Positions 24,988-35,490 of a DNA stretch of 64,000 bases are shown here, piece after piece (the stretch's first letter is position 1; every line of letters starts with the position of its first letter). Below the pieces are notes generated by a model. The model searched no databases. It saw nothing but the letters and a program-made list of their open reading frames with translations, and was not told where the DNA came from. The DNA is from Escherichia coli (lineage in GTDB: Bacteria; Pseudomonadota; Gammaproteobacteria; Enterobacterales; Enterobacteriaceae): NCBI RefSeq assembly GCF_003018235.1, contig NZ_CP027438.1, one strand, 5' to 3'. The translations under genes were made by a program, and so were the position numbers.

Positions 24988-25574
24988 CTCAGAGCCGCCG
25001 ACCGTCGCCACTGCAGCGGAGAGTGCTGATTGTGCTGGCTGCCCTTGATGAAAAACGGCCAGGCCCCGTGCTGACGCGGGACATAGAGCGGGTGCTGGAG
25101 CGAAGCGGGGAAGCCCCGGTCTACGGGCCAAACCTGCGCGCCTCCTGCCGTCGTCTGGAGGATGCCGGCTGGCTGCGTACCCTGCGCGCTCCGAACCTGC
25201 AGCTGGCAGTGGAGCTGACGGACGCCGGCCGTTCCGTGGCACAGCCTCTGCTGCTGGCAGAACAGGACCGCCTCTGGGCAGAACAGCGTGCGGCAGAAGT
25301 CGTCGTACTGCCGCTGGTCCCGGCAGCAGGTCTGCCCGCAGACGGCACTTCTGCCACTGATCTGGCGGTGCATCTGAACGGCATAACGTATCAGGCCTGC
25401 CGTGGGGATTTTGTGGTGCGTCTCGACGGCAGCACCTGTCTGCAGTTATGGAATAAAGAAGGCAGAGTGGTACGCCGGGAGGGCGATCCGCTGGAAGTGG
25501 CGCAGTGGCTGCAGGCCTGTCACGATGCAGGAATGGAGGTTCGCGTACAGATAAATGAAAGTACCGCTCCGTAA
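24984..25574 (+). CDS. Hypothetical protein with putative winged-helix N-terminus (196 aa)
   Basis: Balanced composition on plus strand (RRVLIVLAALDEK...LTRDIERVLER); the antisense ORF is Pro/Arg-rich junk. Confidence 0.35.
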   Translation: MTQSRRPSPLQRRVLIVLAALDEKRPGPVLTRDIERVLERSGEAPVYGPNLRASCRRLEDAGWLRTLRAPNLQLAVELTDAGRSVAQPLLLAEQDRLWAEQRAAEVVVLPLVPAAGLPADGTSATDLAVHLNGITYQACRGDFVVRLDGSTCLQLWNKEGRVVRREGDPLEVAQWLQACHDAGMEVRVQINESTAP

Positions 25575-25593
25575 GAACACGCCTGTGCACGGT

Positions 25594-25941
25594 TTACACA
25601 TCATCCCATGGTGGCAGCCGGTTAACTTTCCTGCGCCACCAGTGGAAAGAGGCCATGCACAGTCCGAACAAAAAACCACCCGTGATACTTATAATAATGG
25701 CCTCACCTGCCACCATTCCTGACGTCCCCCAGTAGATAAACCACATTGCACATCCCCAGGAAATGCCCCATAAGCTCCCCATCAACAGCGTGACCTGCCA
25801 GAACGGCATAAAGGGTAATGGCGGAAGCCGGATACCCAGCCGCCATAGAATACGCAGAAGAGGAGGGGCATAATTGCTCCGCCACATCTTTTTGCTGTCC
25901 ATCAGGGCAATGGCCCGGGCTTTTTTCTGCTCAAAGGTCAC
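25594..25941 (-). CDS. Hypothetical membrane protein (115 aa, two TM segments)
   Basis: Two hydrophobic, Trp/Gly-rich segments; no recognisable family. Confidence 0.3.
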   Translation of the reverse strand: MTFEQKKARAIALMDSKKMWRSNYAPPLLRILWRLGIRLPPLPFMPFWQVTLLMGSLWGISWGCAMWFIYWGTSGMVAGEAIIISITGGFLFGLCMASFHWWRRKVNRLPPWDDV

Positions 25942-26069
25942 AGGAGCACCTCCGTTCCATGATGTAAACGTGACACAGATTATTGTTATTGATTATTATT
26001 ATCATGCTGTGATTATGTTGTCATGCACCGGTACACTGACAAAAGAAAGGGAGAACAGGAGGCTGGCTG

Positions 26070-26405
26070 ATGAACAGGAAATATTATCTTAATAATATGT
26101 GGTGGGGATGGTTTATGGGTGGGTATACTCTGTATATGTCATGAGATTATGAGTTTAAATACAGATTGCTGTTCTGGTGTATTTCTCTCTGCGGAATGGT
26201 TTTGTATCCGGTTGCCAGATGGTGTATTGAAAATACTGCCCTGAAATTTACCCGGCCTCATTTCTGGAATAGCGGTTTTTTTGCTGATACTCCCGGAAAA
26301 ATGGGATTACTTGCGGTTTATACGGGTACTGTTTTCATATTATCTCTTCCGTTAACTCTGATATATATTCTTTCTGTTATCATAAAAAGGCTGTCTGTAA
26401 GATAG
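26070..26405 (+). pseudogene. imm: Colicin Ia/Ib immunity-like gene with in-frame TGA at codon 25
   Basis: ATG 26070 has a strong SD (caGGAGGctggctgATG); in-frame TGA at 26142-26144; frame continues into the hydrophobic ORF 26166-26405; convergent with the colicin gene. Confidence 0.55.
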
Positions 26406-26426
26406 ACAGCCTGTCTTATATATTAT

Positions 26427-28306
26427 TTAAATGCCCCAGAACTTATTCGCTTTTTCCACAAGCGTTTCATCAATCAGAGCACCGGTGACAGCCATCAGTA
26501 AACCATACCCGATAATGCCTAAAGCGCTTCCGGTAAGAATACTGAAGACCAGAGCAACAAGAGCCGTTGCGGCATTACCTGCTATGATGGTTTCTGTTTT
26601 AACAAAAAAAGGACGCCAGTTATCTGTCCGGGCAGCCTTACCAAACTCAGTGATCCAGTCAGCAAAATTTGTAATTTTTCCTGCATATCCCAGTCCGCGA
26701 CTGAACCTGTTCAGATTAGACGATATATCAGACAGCTTCACAGACTCAAGGGCTGCGGCAATCGCTGCACGATCTTTTGCATTAATTTTTTTGTTAATGT
26801 CAGCCCGGTACTTTTCATACGTTTTTAATGCCTCTTCAACATTACGTATTTTCTTCCCTTTAGCCTGCCCGGCCATCTCTCTGGCTAACTGCTCAGCTTT
26901 TGCACCATATTTTTCTGAAACTGATTTCAGGAACTCTGTTGTGAAATTAATTGCGTCTTTCGTTGCCTTCAGTTCATCCTGTTTTCTTTTCTCTTCCGCT
27001 ATCTTCTGATTGATGCCGGCAAGCTGGTTACGGATATTCTCTTTTTCCTTCAACAGGGCATTAAGAGCGTCATTTGCATTCTTTTGCTCATTTGTTCTGG
27101 CACTGAGGTTATTTCTCGCCGAATTTACCGCAGATTCAGCAGAGGTGATTTTATTTCTGGCATCAAGCAATCTTTGCCGTAACTTATCCCATTCAGCAAC
27201 TTCAGCATTATAAATTTTCTTGTCACCTTCCACATCCTCTGTCACCACCGGATTCCGGTCATTCAGAATATTGCGTTATAGTCCAGACCGGAATGGGTCA
27301 GAAGATAATTCAGGTTTGCACGGTTATCAATGACCGCGCTGGTTGTGATTTTTATCGTACCGGCAAATCTCGGATCACCACTCACAACAATAGAATGATT
27401 TGTTGATGAACGCCCCGGGAAATTTTCAGGGGAAACTATCGTTTTGCCGTCAGGCGTGTTTTTCTGTTGCGTCAGCTGTTGTTCAGCTCTGGTTAATGCA
27501 TTACGGGCCGTGTTAAGCGATTCCGTCACCGAACTGAGTTTATTCCGGGCCTCTGAAATGGCCCTGTCATTCCGTGTCTGCTGCCCGAGCAGACGGGCCT
27601 GTTGTGCATCAAGAACGGCAAGGGCTGCCCCGCCATTTTTTTCCAACTCTGACAACCGCGTGTCCAGAATACCTTTTCTGCGCTCGTATTCAGCAAGCAT
27701 ATCAGCGGCCTTCTTGTCTGCGTTCTGCGCATCCTTCTGCCGTTTTTCAGCCTGTTCGATTAACGACCTGGCCTCGCGGGGAGATATACGAAGAGAATCA
27801 GCATCAGCAAACAGCATCCGGCTCTCTGTATGCAGGCGGAGGGCATCATATCCGGCGATTTCAGTACGGAATCCGTATTCTCTCAGCTCTGCCTGCAGGA
27901 GTCTGAACTCCTGTCGTGTAATATCAGCGGTATCTGCGTTTCCGGCACGGAGTGTTTTCAGTGTGTTTTCATCTTTTTCCCTTGCAGCAATCGCCGCAGA
28001 GAGGCGTTTTCCGGCTTCAGTACGTTTATTCTCATTCTCTTTCTGCTGCGCGCTGAGCGTGTTTTTGTACGCTGTGATTTCCTTGTCCCTTTTTTCGATA
28101 TCACTCCGGGTTGGGGAATCATCGACCCACTCGTTTCCACCCCAGATGGTTTTGTTCCCGAAGGAATTCCATGCAGGCGGGGTACCATGAAAGACATCGA
28201 CACGTGGAGGGTTTACATAAATATCAACGGCCATAATTTCATGGCCATCTGAATCATACCCCAGCGATTCTGCACCGGGATTTGTAATACGTACAGGGTC
28301 AGACAT
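26427..28306 (-). pseudogene. cia: Colicin Ia/Ib-type pore-forming colicin, frameshifted between the central and pore-forming domains
   Basis: ORF 27263-28306 gives the N-terminal and central domains; ORF 26427-27248 in another frame gives the channel domain ending ...LVEKANKFWGI; break lies at TATAACGCAATATTCTGA. Confidence 0.75.
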
Positions 28307-28347
28307 TCGGTATCTCCTTCATCCTCTGAGGAAAACAAATGAATTAA

Positions 28348-28378
28348 CTGCTTGCATATATGGATACATATACAGTAT
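28348..28378 (-). promoter_or_regulatory. Putative tandem LexA (SOS) boxes of the colicin promoter
   Basis: Minus-strand tACTGTATATGTATCCATATATGCAAGCAGtt, i.e. CTGT...ACAG-like overlapping boxes about 40 bp upstream of the colicin start. Confidence 0.45.
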
Positions 28379-28688
28379 TAATTTATTAAGGAGAAAATGG
28401 CATGTCAAGACTTAATAATAGTGATTATCATTAACATGAGGTGGTGTTATACCGTTCAGAAAGCCTGCTGACGCTGTGGCAGCATCACAGTCTGAGTATT
28501 CTCTGGTGCAATACAAAATTGACTCTTTGCAAAATCGCACTCAACACGTTTTATCTGTGCGTATAGCTTGCGGCATGACAAGACATAGATTTGATTACTG
28601 TCACAAAAGTAAGTAAAAACTTTATCATCTATCACACCGAATATTTTAAGAATTAGACGAGACGCAAAAACAGAAGATAGTGCACTAA

Positions 28689-28958
28689 TTATTGCAAGGA
28701 GATTTTTATATGTGTTATCTGATTTTTTATTTTTTCACTAATATATACAAATAAAAACAAGGCAAAAAATATAATTGTATACATGCATGTTATTACATAT
28801 GACTTATCTGTTGGAGGAGGTGGTAAAAACTGGAGAGGGGATACAAGTAATACAAGGAAAAAGAAAGTTAAAGTTTTCTTTTCCTTGTTATCGTATTTTC
28901 CCAATAGAAACAAATATGACAATATAATTAAAAGCATGGATGTATATATGCTAATCAT
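28689..28958 (-). CDS. Hypothetical small membrane protein (89 aa)
   Basis: Two hydrophobic helices separated by a KYDNKEKK loop; very AT-rich. Confidence 0.3.
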   Translation of the reverse strand: MISIYTSMLLIILSYLFLLGKYDNKEKKTLTFFFLVLLVSPLQFLPPPPTDKSYVITCMYTIIFFALFLFVYISEKIKNQITHIKISLQ

Positions 28959-29158
28959 TGTATGCTCCTTTAATGACAGGATGATTGGCCGTTTTTACCT
29001 GTAGCTTTTATTGCTCCTGATGCTGAAGAACTTAAAACAGTGCTTGCGATAGCTCCTTTTACAGTATTACCAAAAAATACATTGTCTGTCATGCCGCCAA
29101 CAAAGCCGGCTCCTGCACTTAATCCGGCACCGCTCCAGCTAATAATTTTTCGGTTCAA

Positions 29159-29563
29159 TCACCGGAAGAAATTATCAACGTAATCATCCCATGCATGCCC
29201 CTGAACAGACCACTCACGATTAACCGGAGGCGGGAATCCACTTCGACAGTAGCCGTTCTTCCCCTCAAAATCAAATACACCATGTGGATATCCGTTTATC
29301 AGCAGAACACACTTCAGGCAGTCCTCAGACCAGCCAATCTTCACATCAGAGGGGATGTGAGCATCTGAAATATCTTCAACGTTATATATATGCACAGCAT
29401 CCCTGACAGGGTTACCTTCAGCGGACTCATCAAGTGCATAGAAATATCCGGTATTCCCGTCATCTTCAAATACAGCGGCCAACATTCCATCAGGAGCTAA
29501 ACTTTTTATCGCCATAGCCTCACCAACTATGAGTTGAGTCTGTGCCGTCACGAGTATTGTCAT
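29159..29563 (-). CDS. Hypothetical protein (134 aa) ending at a TGA; the frame continues into a 62-codon Gly/Ala/Ser-rich segment
   Basis: Stop TGA (29159-29161) directly abuts TTG-initiated ORF 28970-29158 in the same frame (GAGLSAGAGFVGG glycine-zipper-like). Confidence 0.3.
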   Translation of the reverse strand: MTILVTAQTQLIVGEAMAIKSLAPDGMLAAVFEDDGNTGYFYALDESAEGNPVRDAVHIYNVEDISDAHIPSDVKIGWSEDCLKCVLLINGYPHGVFDFEGKNGYCRSGFPPPVNREWSVQGHAWDDYVDNFFR

Positions 29564-29732
29564 AAAACATGTCTCTCCGTTCCAGTTTGTCTGATGATAT
29601 AAATCCCCCGGGACTCATCCCGGCAGGTAAAATCATACTCTCAACAAAACTTTTCTTCTCCTGCCTCAGGCGAGTCCACAGAGAAAATAACAATTCTGAG
29701 AGTTATCTGCGGGAAAGGCTATTTATATGTTA

Positions 29733-30020
29733 CTATCTCATTCTCTCACTGGCGAGATTATAAACGTTACTACGTTCTCGTTTTCCTACCGCAACAACCG
29801 CAATAATTAACATATCGTCAATCACCTGATAAACCAGACGAAATCCCGATGCACGTAGTTTAATTTTGTAGCAGTCCTTTAGCCCTCTTAGTTTTGCCGA
29901 CGGTATATGAGGATTTTCGCTGCATTTTTTTAGTTTTTTCACAAACTGTTGTTGAATGGTCTTATCCAGTTTCAGCCATTCCTTGAGCGCATCATCCCTG
30001 AATTTTACCGTATAAGTCAT
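29733..30020 (-). CDS. relE: RelE/ParE-family mRNA interferase toxin
   Basis: 95 aa with RelE motifs (LRGLKDCYKIKLRASGFRLVYQV...VVAVGKRERS); overlaps antitoxin stop. Confidence 0.8.
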   Translation of the reverse strand: MTYTVKFRDDALKEWLKLDKTIQQQFVKKLKKCSENPHIPSAKLRGLKDCYKIKLRASGFRLVYQVIDDMLIIAVVAVGKRERSNVYNLASERMR

Positions 30021-30268
30021 AAATAACTGTCCAGGTCCACATCATGCAGTGGCTGATTGCTGCGCTCAGTAACCAGTTTCACCAGTTCCTGGTCATCCAG
30101 AGCATCAAGCATCCTTTCATACAGTTCAGCAGGCACACAGTAGAATGCCGGCTGATTCCGGTTAAGAATGGCGACAGGGTAACCATCTCCGGCACTGACT
30201 GTAGCCATAGGATTTTTTTTCAGTTCACTGACACTTGCACTGGTGTCAGACAGAATGATGTTAGGCAT
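30017..30268 (-). CDS. relB: RelB antitoxin
   Basis: 83 aa from ATG 30268 (MPNIILSDTSASVSELKKNP...); 4-nt overlap with relE. Confidence 0.8.
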   Translation of the reverse strand: MPNIILSDTSASVSELKKNPMATVSAGDGYPVAILNRNQPAFYCVPAELYERMLDALDDQELVKLVTERSNQPLHDVDLDSYL

Positions 30269-31230
30269 AACGCACCTTTGAGACTGTTTAACAAGTCTTA
30301 ACGATATCCCTGAAACGACCACTTAACAAGTCTTTATTACTCACACTTTTGCAAATGCATTAAATGCTGCTTGTATTATTCTGATGCCGTGTCAGCGGCA
30401 TGGAAGGCGGTACTCCGTTGTTGCATATGATACCGGAGTAAAACCGCCGAAGCCCGGCGTAAGCCGGTACTGATTGACAGATTTCACCTTACCCCTCCAG
30501 CCCTGCCAGGCCATACCCGCGTTCAGCCATGACAGAACTTCTGTGCGCGGTCGGAGTGGTCCCGACAAGGGTTTACCCGAAGTCGGGGCGTATCTCCGCG
30601 TTAGCGGGCCGTCAGGGCCGCTTACGAGCGTGTACTGAGGACTTCCAGCCAGAACACTGACAGCAATGATGTTGTATAGTTACAACATTCATAATTAAAA
30701 GCGATGTTGTTCCCGCCCTTTGGGCGGGGGCGGCGGCGCTTTTCAGTTATGAGGAGGGGCATTGTGGTTTCAGTTCTGCGCGGACCGGGGTTTTTCCGGT
30801 GGTTGTATTTGAGTGTTGTAACTAAAATGACTCCGGTCGGGGCCCGCCGCTTGCGGTGGGAGGTGCATATCTGTCTGTCCACAGGACAGGCAGTGAACAG
30901 GTTTTCTTTTTAAATGAATGTAATTAAGTAGTTTAAAGGAGATATAAACAGGTGTTTAAAAGATACATTGCACCCTGTAAGACTGGCGGCTGGCGCTTTA
31001 TGACATGAACGGTTGTAACCTTATGGGGAAGTCCCTTGCAGTTAAATGTGGATAAGCAAAATTCCCCGTCGCTGAGGCGTATTTTGTATTAAAAACAGGA
31101 GGAACCGGATGCACCAGAAGGTGGATGGTGAGGTTGTTTTTTGTATGTGGTGCTGATTTTTTGTGCGCTGACGGGCTTCAGGCGTGCGAATGCCTCCGGC
31201 GCGTGCCGGATTATTCTGAGGAGGTCACTT

Positions 31231-32100
31231 TCAGGGGGAAGCTGTGGCCAGGCGGCTGTAATTGCGGTTACGTGACAGAATCATGCGCTCCTTCACACGA
31301 CGCTCCACTTCGCGTTTTACCGCCTCACGATTGGCAGTGAAGCGCCCTTCCGAGATTTCACGCGTCAGCTGCCGTTTCACCAGGGTGACGATATCCTGAC
31401 GTTCCCTGTTCGCATCACGACGCGCACGGGCACGTTTTATTCCACGGGACTTAAGCTCTGTCTGGTAACTGCGGAAACGCTCACGCACAAAACGCCAGGC
31501 TTTCGCTATCAGCTCATCCATACCCAGGGTATCCAGCCCCTGCTTTTTGCGCTGTTTGTTTTCCCATTCAACACGACTGCGGCGCGCAGCTGCCACTGCA
31601 TCCTCAGACACATCAAGGGCAGCAAACAGAGCCAGTGTGAACGTGATGTCGGTCGGAATGTAGCACCCGATAAGCGGGTCATATTCCGTCTGGTAGGTAA
31701 TCAACCCCAGCTCTGACAGGAACGTCAGGGCACGGGTGGCACGGGTGATGGAGAGTTTTCCGGCAGCAGACTCCGTCGCCAGTCCGCACTCAATGGCCAG
31801 CGTGGTGATGGAGCACTGGACGCGGTTGGCCAGCGGGTCATAGTGGAAACACAGCCCCTGCAGGAGCGCATCAATAGCCCGTCGACGCAGTACCGGTGGC
31901 ATGCGTCGACGCAGACCACGCGAACGGGCATGCGCCACATGAATGGCGAAATCAAAACGGGAAGTGAAGCCCACCGCCTTTTCCATCAGTTTTTCGCAGA
32001 ACTTCAGCGTTCCGGCACCTTTACGGGGTGTAAACACCGGATTCGGGTTCTTTACCTGGCGGTAATACGTTTGTTGAAGATCAGTCACACCATCCTGCAC
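31231..32100 (-). CDS. repA: RepFIIA replication initiator RepA1
   Basis: 289 aa closely resembling IncFII RepA1 ([20 protein letters not shown]...[11 protein letters not shown]); CopA/CopB control region upstream. Confidence 0.85.
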   Translation of the reverse strand: MQDGVTDLQQTYYRQVKNPNPVFTPRKGAGTLKFCEKLMEKAVGFTSRFDFAIHVAHARSRGLRRRMPPVLRRRAIDALLQGLCFHYDPLANRVQCSITTLAIECGLATESAAGKLSITRATRALTFLSELGLITYQTEYDPLIGCYIPTDITFTLALFAALDVSEDAVAAARRSRVEWENKQRKKQGLDTLGMDELIAKAWRFVRERFRSYQTELKSRGIKRARARRDANRERQDIVTLVKRQLTREISEGRFTANREAVKREVERRVKERMILSRNRNYSRLATASP

Positions 32101-32164
32101 TTATGTTGCACAGAAGGAGTGAGCACAGAAAGAAGTCTTGAACTTTTCCGGGCATATAACTATA

Positions 32165-32262
32165 CTCCCCGCATAGAGCAACAGCTTCTATGCAGTTTCT
32201 TGTTAGCCCCGGTAATCTTCTTCGTCGCCAAACATAGAAAGATTATCGGGGTTTTCGCTTTT
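32165..32262 (+). ncRNA. copA: CopA-like antisense RNA of the RepFIIA replicon (approximate bounds)
   Basis: Antisense to the repA1 leader; plus-strand hairpin CCCCGGTAATCTTC...GAAGATTATCGGGG followed by TTTTCGCTTTTCT. Confidence 0.45.
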
Positions 32263-32385
32263 CTGGCTCCTGTAAATCCACATCAGAACCAGTTCCCTGC
32301 CACCTTACGGCGTGGCCAGCCACAAAATTCCTTAAACGATCAGCAATCTATCACTCACGCCTGAGATAAGCAAGAATGTGAATAT

Positions 32386-32643
32386 TTACGAAGTCGCTCT
32401 GCGTTTCAGCTCTGATTCAATCAGTTTTTCAAGCATCTGCGCCTGGGTAATACCTTCCTCATCCGCCAGTTCACTCAGCCTGTCTTTTAACCGGGCCTGG
32501 ATAACCGCATGAAAAGCCTTATGAGTGTTGCTTCTGCGAGCCAGAGAAGCTCTTTGCCTCTCTCTGGCCGGAACAGGGTTACCTTTCCGGTATGCACGCT
32601 TGGTGCCTGATGAGGAAGTCACTGCATTTTCTATCTGCGACAT
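32386..32643 (-). CDS. copB: RepFIIA copy-number repressor RepA2/CopB
   Basis: 85-aa basic protein with MSQ.ENAVTSS N-terminus and EGITQAQ motif; position upstream of repA1. Confidence 0.7.
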   Translation of the reverse strand: MSQIENAVTSSSGTKRAYRKGNPVPARERQRASLARRSNTHKAFHAVIQARLKDRLSELADEEGITQAQMLEKLIESELKRRATS

Positions 32644-32926
32644 CTCGCCTCCTCAATACTCGAACAGAGATCGTTTCGCGGAGGATACTACAGTTTTTTG
32701 AAATCAGCGACTTGAAAGTTGTAACGATGCTCAGTGTTGGCGCATAAATCATGTCTGATTACGATCGTTTAATGTGATTTTGATTATGAAATGACTGAAA
32801 AGCAGGAAATGCCTTAACCTGGATGCCGGCCCCGGGCGGGACCGGCTGTTTCTGGCATGTCGGGTGTTTGCCCCTGAAATACCTCACACTTCCGGAAAGC
32901 GGGGACTTCCGTCCCCGCCCGGCAGC

Positions 32927-33076
32927 TTACTTCCGTGCTTCGTAGGCCAGAGTTACCTGCACCACTGTATTTCCCCTGTGAATACTCAGCTCACATAACC
33001 GTTCCCTGAATATCAGTGAAAAACACAACACCGTGGCGCACACGGCAAGCAACCCGATAAGGGCATACTTCGTCAT
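32927..33076 (-). CDS. srnB: Hok/Gef-family membrane toxin (SrnB/PndA-like), 49 aa
   Basis: Manual translation MTKYALIGLLAVCATVLCFSLIFRERLCELSIHRGNTVVQVTLAYEARK; absent from the ORF track because it is under 60 aa. Confidence 0.8.
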   Translation of the reverse strand: MTKYALIGLLAVCATVLCFSLIFRERLCELSIHRGNTVVQVTLAYEARK

Positions 33077-33345
33077 AAACTTTGACCTCTCTGCAAGGAA
33101 GAGGCTACAATCAGTAGTGCAACGTACTTCATGCAGACCTCACGAGTTAATGGATTAACGAGTGGGGTCTTCGCATTTCTGGTACCTGCGTCTTGCCTGA
33201 ACCAGAAAGGCTCAGACACCCGCCGCGATAATACCACATTCCCTGTTGCTGACTATTACCCCCATTTACCTGTTTGGTTACAGAAACCTTTGTCATCGTG
33301 CCAGAAAATTAATAGTCAGCACACACAATCTGGCAATAGTTAAAT

Positions 33346-35490
33346 TTAATCAACGCCCCCCTTGTATTTATTATCGCCAGATAATGAAATCTCCTTAACT
33401 CTCCCTCCCTCAATATTTATGATCTTGTCAGTTGCACTAAGTACATCATCTTTATGGCTCACAATAATCTTAGTACAATCAAGAGACAATATTACCTGAT
33501 TAATTTCATATTCTGACTCTGCATCAAGATTACTGGTTGCTTCATCAAGTATTAATAACTTTGGTTTCCTGAATAAAGCTCTGGCTAACAGGATTTTCTG
33601 CTTCTGCCCTGCAGATAAAATATTTCCGGCATCATTGACAGGAGTGAAATACCCCATAGGAAGCCTTTCTATTATATCATGGATGCCAATTTTTTTTGTT
33701 AGTTCCAATAACTCAGGGGAGGGTGTCGAGTCATTGAATGTTATATTATAGATTATTGTTCCATTTAAAAGAATATCACCCTGTAAAACAGTGCCGGACA
33801 CACTTCTGATATCTTCTATTTTATTGTTTTTGTCACCATCTGTAAAGATAATATGACCACCACTCAATTCTACCAACCCCAAAATAGCATAAAGAAGAGA
33901 TGTCTTTCCCCCTCCAGATTTGCCTCTGAGAAGAACTGTCTCCCCAGGGTATATTTTTAGGTTAACGTCAGTTAAAACATTAACTTCTCTGCCATGATAT
34001 TTCATACTCAAATTAACGCACTCAATACCAACTGCTCCATGAGTATCTTTCCCGGATAAAGTGAAAGGTATCTTCTCATAATCTGCATCAGATATATCTG
34101 AAACTCTTGAAATATGTATGCGAATAACACCAAGCTGGATAAAGAAATCAATCATGTTAGTCACCCTTCTGCTGAACTGTTCTGAATATGCAATAAAAGC
34201 GACAAGCATACCAATAGTAAAGGATGAATTAATCACAAACAGTCCGCCAAAGTAAAGTATTGAGATATTTTTTACCGCCGAAAGGAGATTACTTGATGAT
34301 GAGAGCACAATATTTAATAAATCCATTTTTGTCTTTATGTTGATCCCTTCGATAAGGCTATTTTCATAAATACCTGCCGTTGTGTATTCCTGAAAGTAAA
34401 GCTTTATTGTTTGATTGTATTTGATTGACTCAATTAGTGCACTCTGTTGTCGGGCCTTAACTCTTATAGTGCCCAGATTCAGATATTTCAGAGACGAAAA
34501 ATAAAAAACCTTCAGTAAAAAATATAGCAACGATGAAAAGAACACAACAAACGTTAACACAGGGCTATAAGAACACATTATAATGAAGGCCCCTATAGCC
34601 ATAAAGAAATCCAACAAAACTTTTGTTAGCTGAGATATAACCACATTACGGATATATTCGAGAGAATTAACTCTGGATAAGATATCGCCAACACTCCTGG
34701 ATGAAAAATATTTCATTCTTAATGATATTAGACGATTATAAGCATTTGTTGCCCACTGAACGCTTATGTTTGCATTTAACCAAATAATAAGCCAGTCCCT
34801 TGTCGCCAGTATACCAATACTAACAGCATTAAGAAAAAGATAAAATATCACTGCGGTAACCAATAACTGATAGTCATCATTAACAATGACATTATCAATA
34901 ACCAGTTGAGTTATTTGCGGTATCGTAATATTGATAAGTTCAGCTAGAAAAATAAGAATAAACAGGCAGAAAAAAACATTTTTTCCTAAAAAAAACACAC
35001 TGAGAATGTAATTATATATTGTTTTATTTCTTTTCTTGTCCTTTCTTAGCTGGTAAAATATTGAACCGTCATTGTATACTTCTATTCCTACTCCGGTAAA
35101 AGACTCACTGATTTTCTGCAGCGACAAAACCTGAATGCCTTTATCCGGATCATGAACAACATACTTATTTCTCTTTCTTTTTACCAGAACAACAAAATGA
35201 TTCATATTCCAGTGAAGGATGCAAGGTAAACTTAAGCAGTTAAGCTCGTCAATGTTCAGACTGACAGCTCTTGGCATAATCCCCAAAGAACGTAATACTG
35301 ATACGATATCACTTACAGCCCACTCGTTTTTTTTGCTACTTAGTTTATCAAGCACATTCTCCAACAATCCCTCTTTCCCGTAATAACAAGCAAGCATTCT
35401 TATACATGTCAAAGCACAGTCTGAATTTTCATTCTGAAAATAAAAAGGAAATGCTCTTTTCACTTTAAAATTTAACTTATCAATAATCAT
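33346..35490 (-). CDS. Bacteriocin/microcin-type ABC exporter with N-terminal C39 peptidase domain (CvaB/MchF-like)
   Basis: C39 triad candidates (DCALTC, HFVVLVKR, HDP); six-TM domain; Walker A GKSGGGKTSL, signature LSAGQKQK, Walker B LLILDEATS; ATGA overlap with upstream MFP. Confidence 0.85.
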   Translation of the reverse strand: MIIDKLNFKVKRAFPFYFQNENSDCALTCIRMLACYYGKEGLLENVLDKLSSKKNEWAVSDIVSVLRSLGIMPRAVSLNIDELNCLSLPCILHWNMNHFVVLVKRKRNKYVVHDPDKGIQVLSLQKISESFTGVGIEVYNDGSIFYQLRKDKKRNKTIYNYILSVFFLGKNVFFCLFILIFLAELINITIPQITQLVIDNVIVNDDYQLLVTAVIFYLFLNAVSIGILATRDWLIIWLNANISVQWATNAYNRLISLRMKYFSSRSVGDILSRVNSLEYIRNVVISQLTKVLLDFFMAIGAFIIMCSYSPVLTFVVFFSSLLYFLLKVFYFSSLKYLNLGTIRVKARQQSALIESIKYNQTIKLYFQEYTTAGIYENSLIEGINIKTKMDLLNIVLSSSSNLLSAVKNISILYFGGLFVINSSFTIGMLVAFIAYSEQFSRRVTNMIDFFIQLGVIRIHISRVSDISDADYEKIPFTLSGKDTHGAVGIECVNLSMKYHGREVNVLTDVNLKIYPGETVLLRGKSGGGKTSLLYAILGLVELSGGHIIFTDGDKNNKIEDIRSVSGTVLQGDILLNGTIIYNITFNDSTPSPELLELTKKIGIHDIIERLPMGYFTPVNDAGNILSAGQKQKILLARALFRKPKLLILDEATSNLDAESEYEINQVILSLDCTKIIVSHKDDVLSATDKIINIEGGRVKEISLSGDNKYKGGVD

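Noticed and set aside
24898-25590. 230-aa minus-strand ORF antisense to the 196-aa plus-strand ORF
   Set aside because: Pro/Arg/Ala-rich composition typical of antisense frames in GC-rich DNA; the plus-strand frame has protein-like composition and translational coupling to its upstream partner
27444-28252. Plus-strand ORFs of 110-248 aa inside the colicin gene
   Set aside because: Antisense shadow ORFs of the minus-strand colicin frame, which carries clear domain-level similarity to colicin Ia/Ib
26142-29161. TGA recoding (selenocysteine or alternative genetic code) as an explanation for the two in-frame TGA codons
   Set aside because: No SECIS-like element noted and all other genes use standard stops; nonsense mutation or natural termination is the simpler reading
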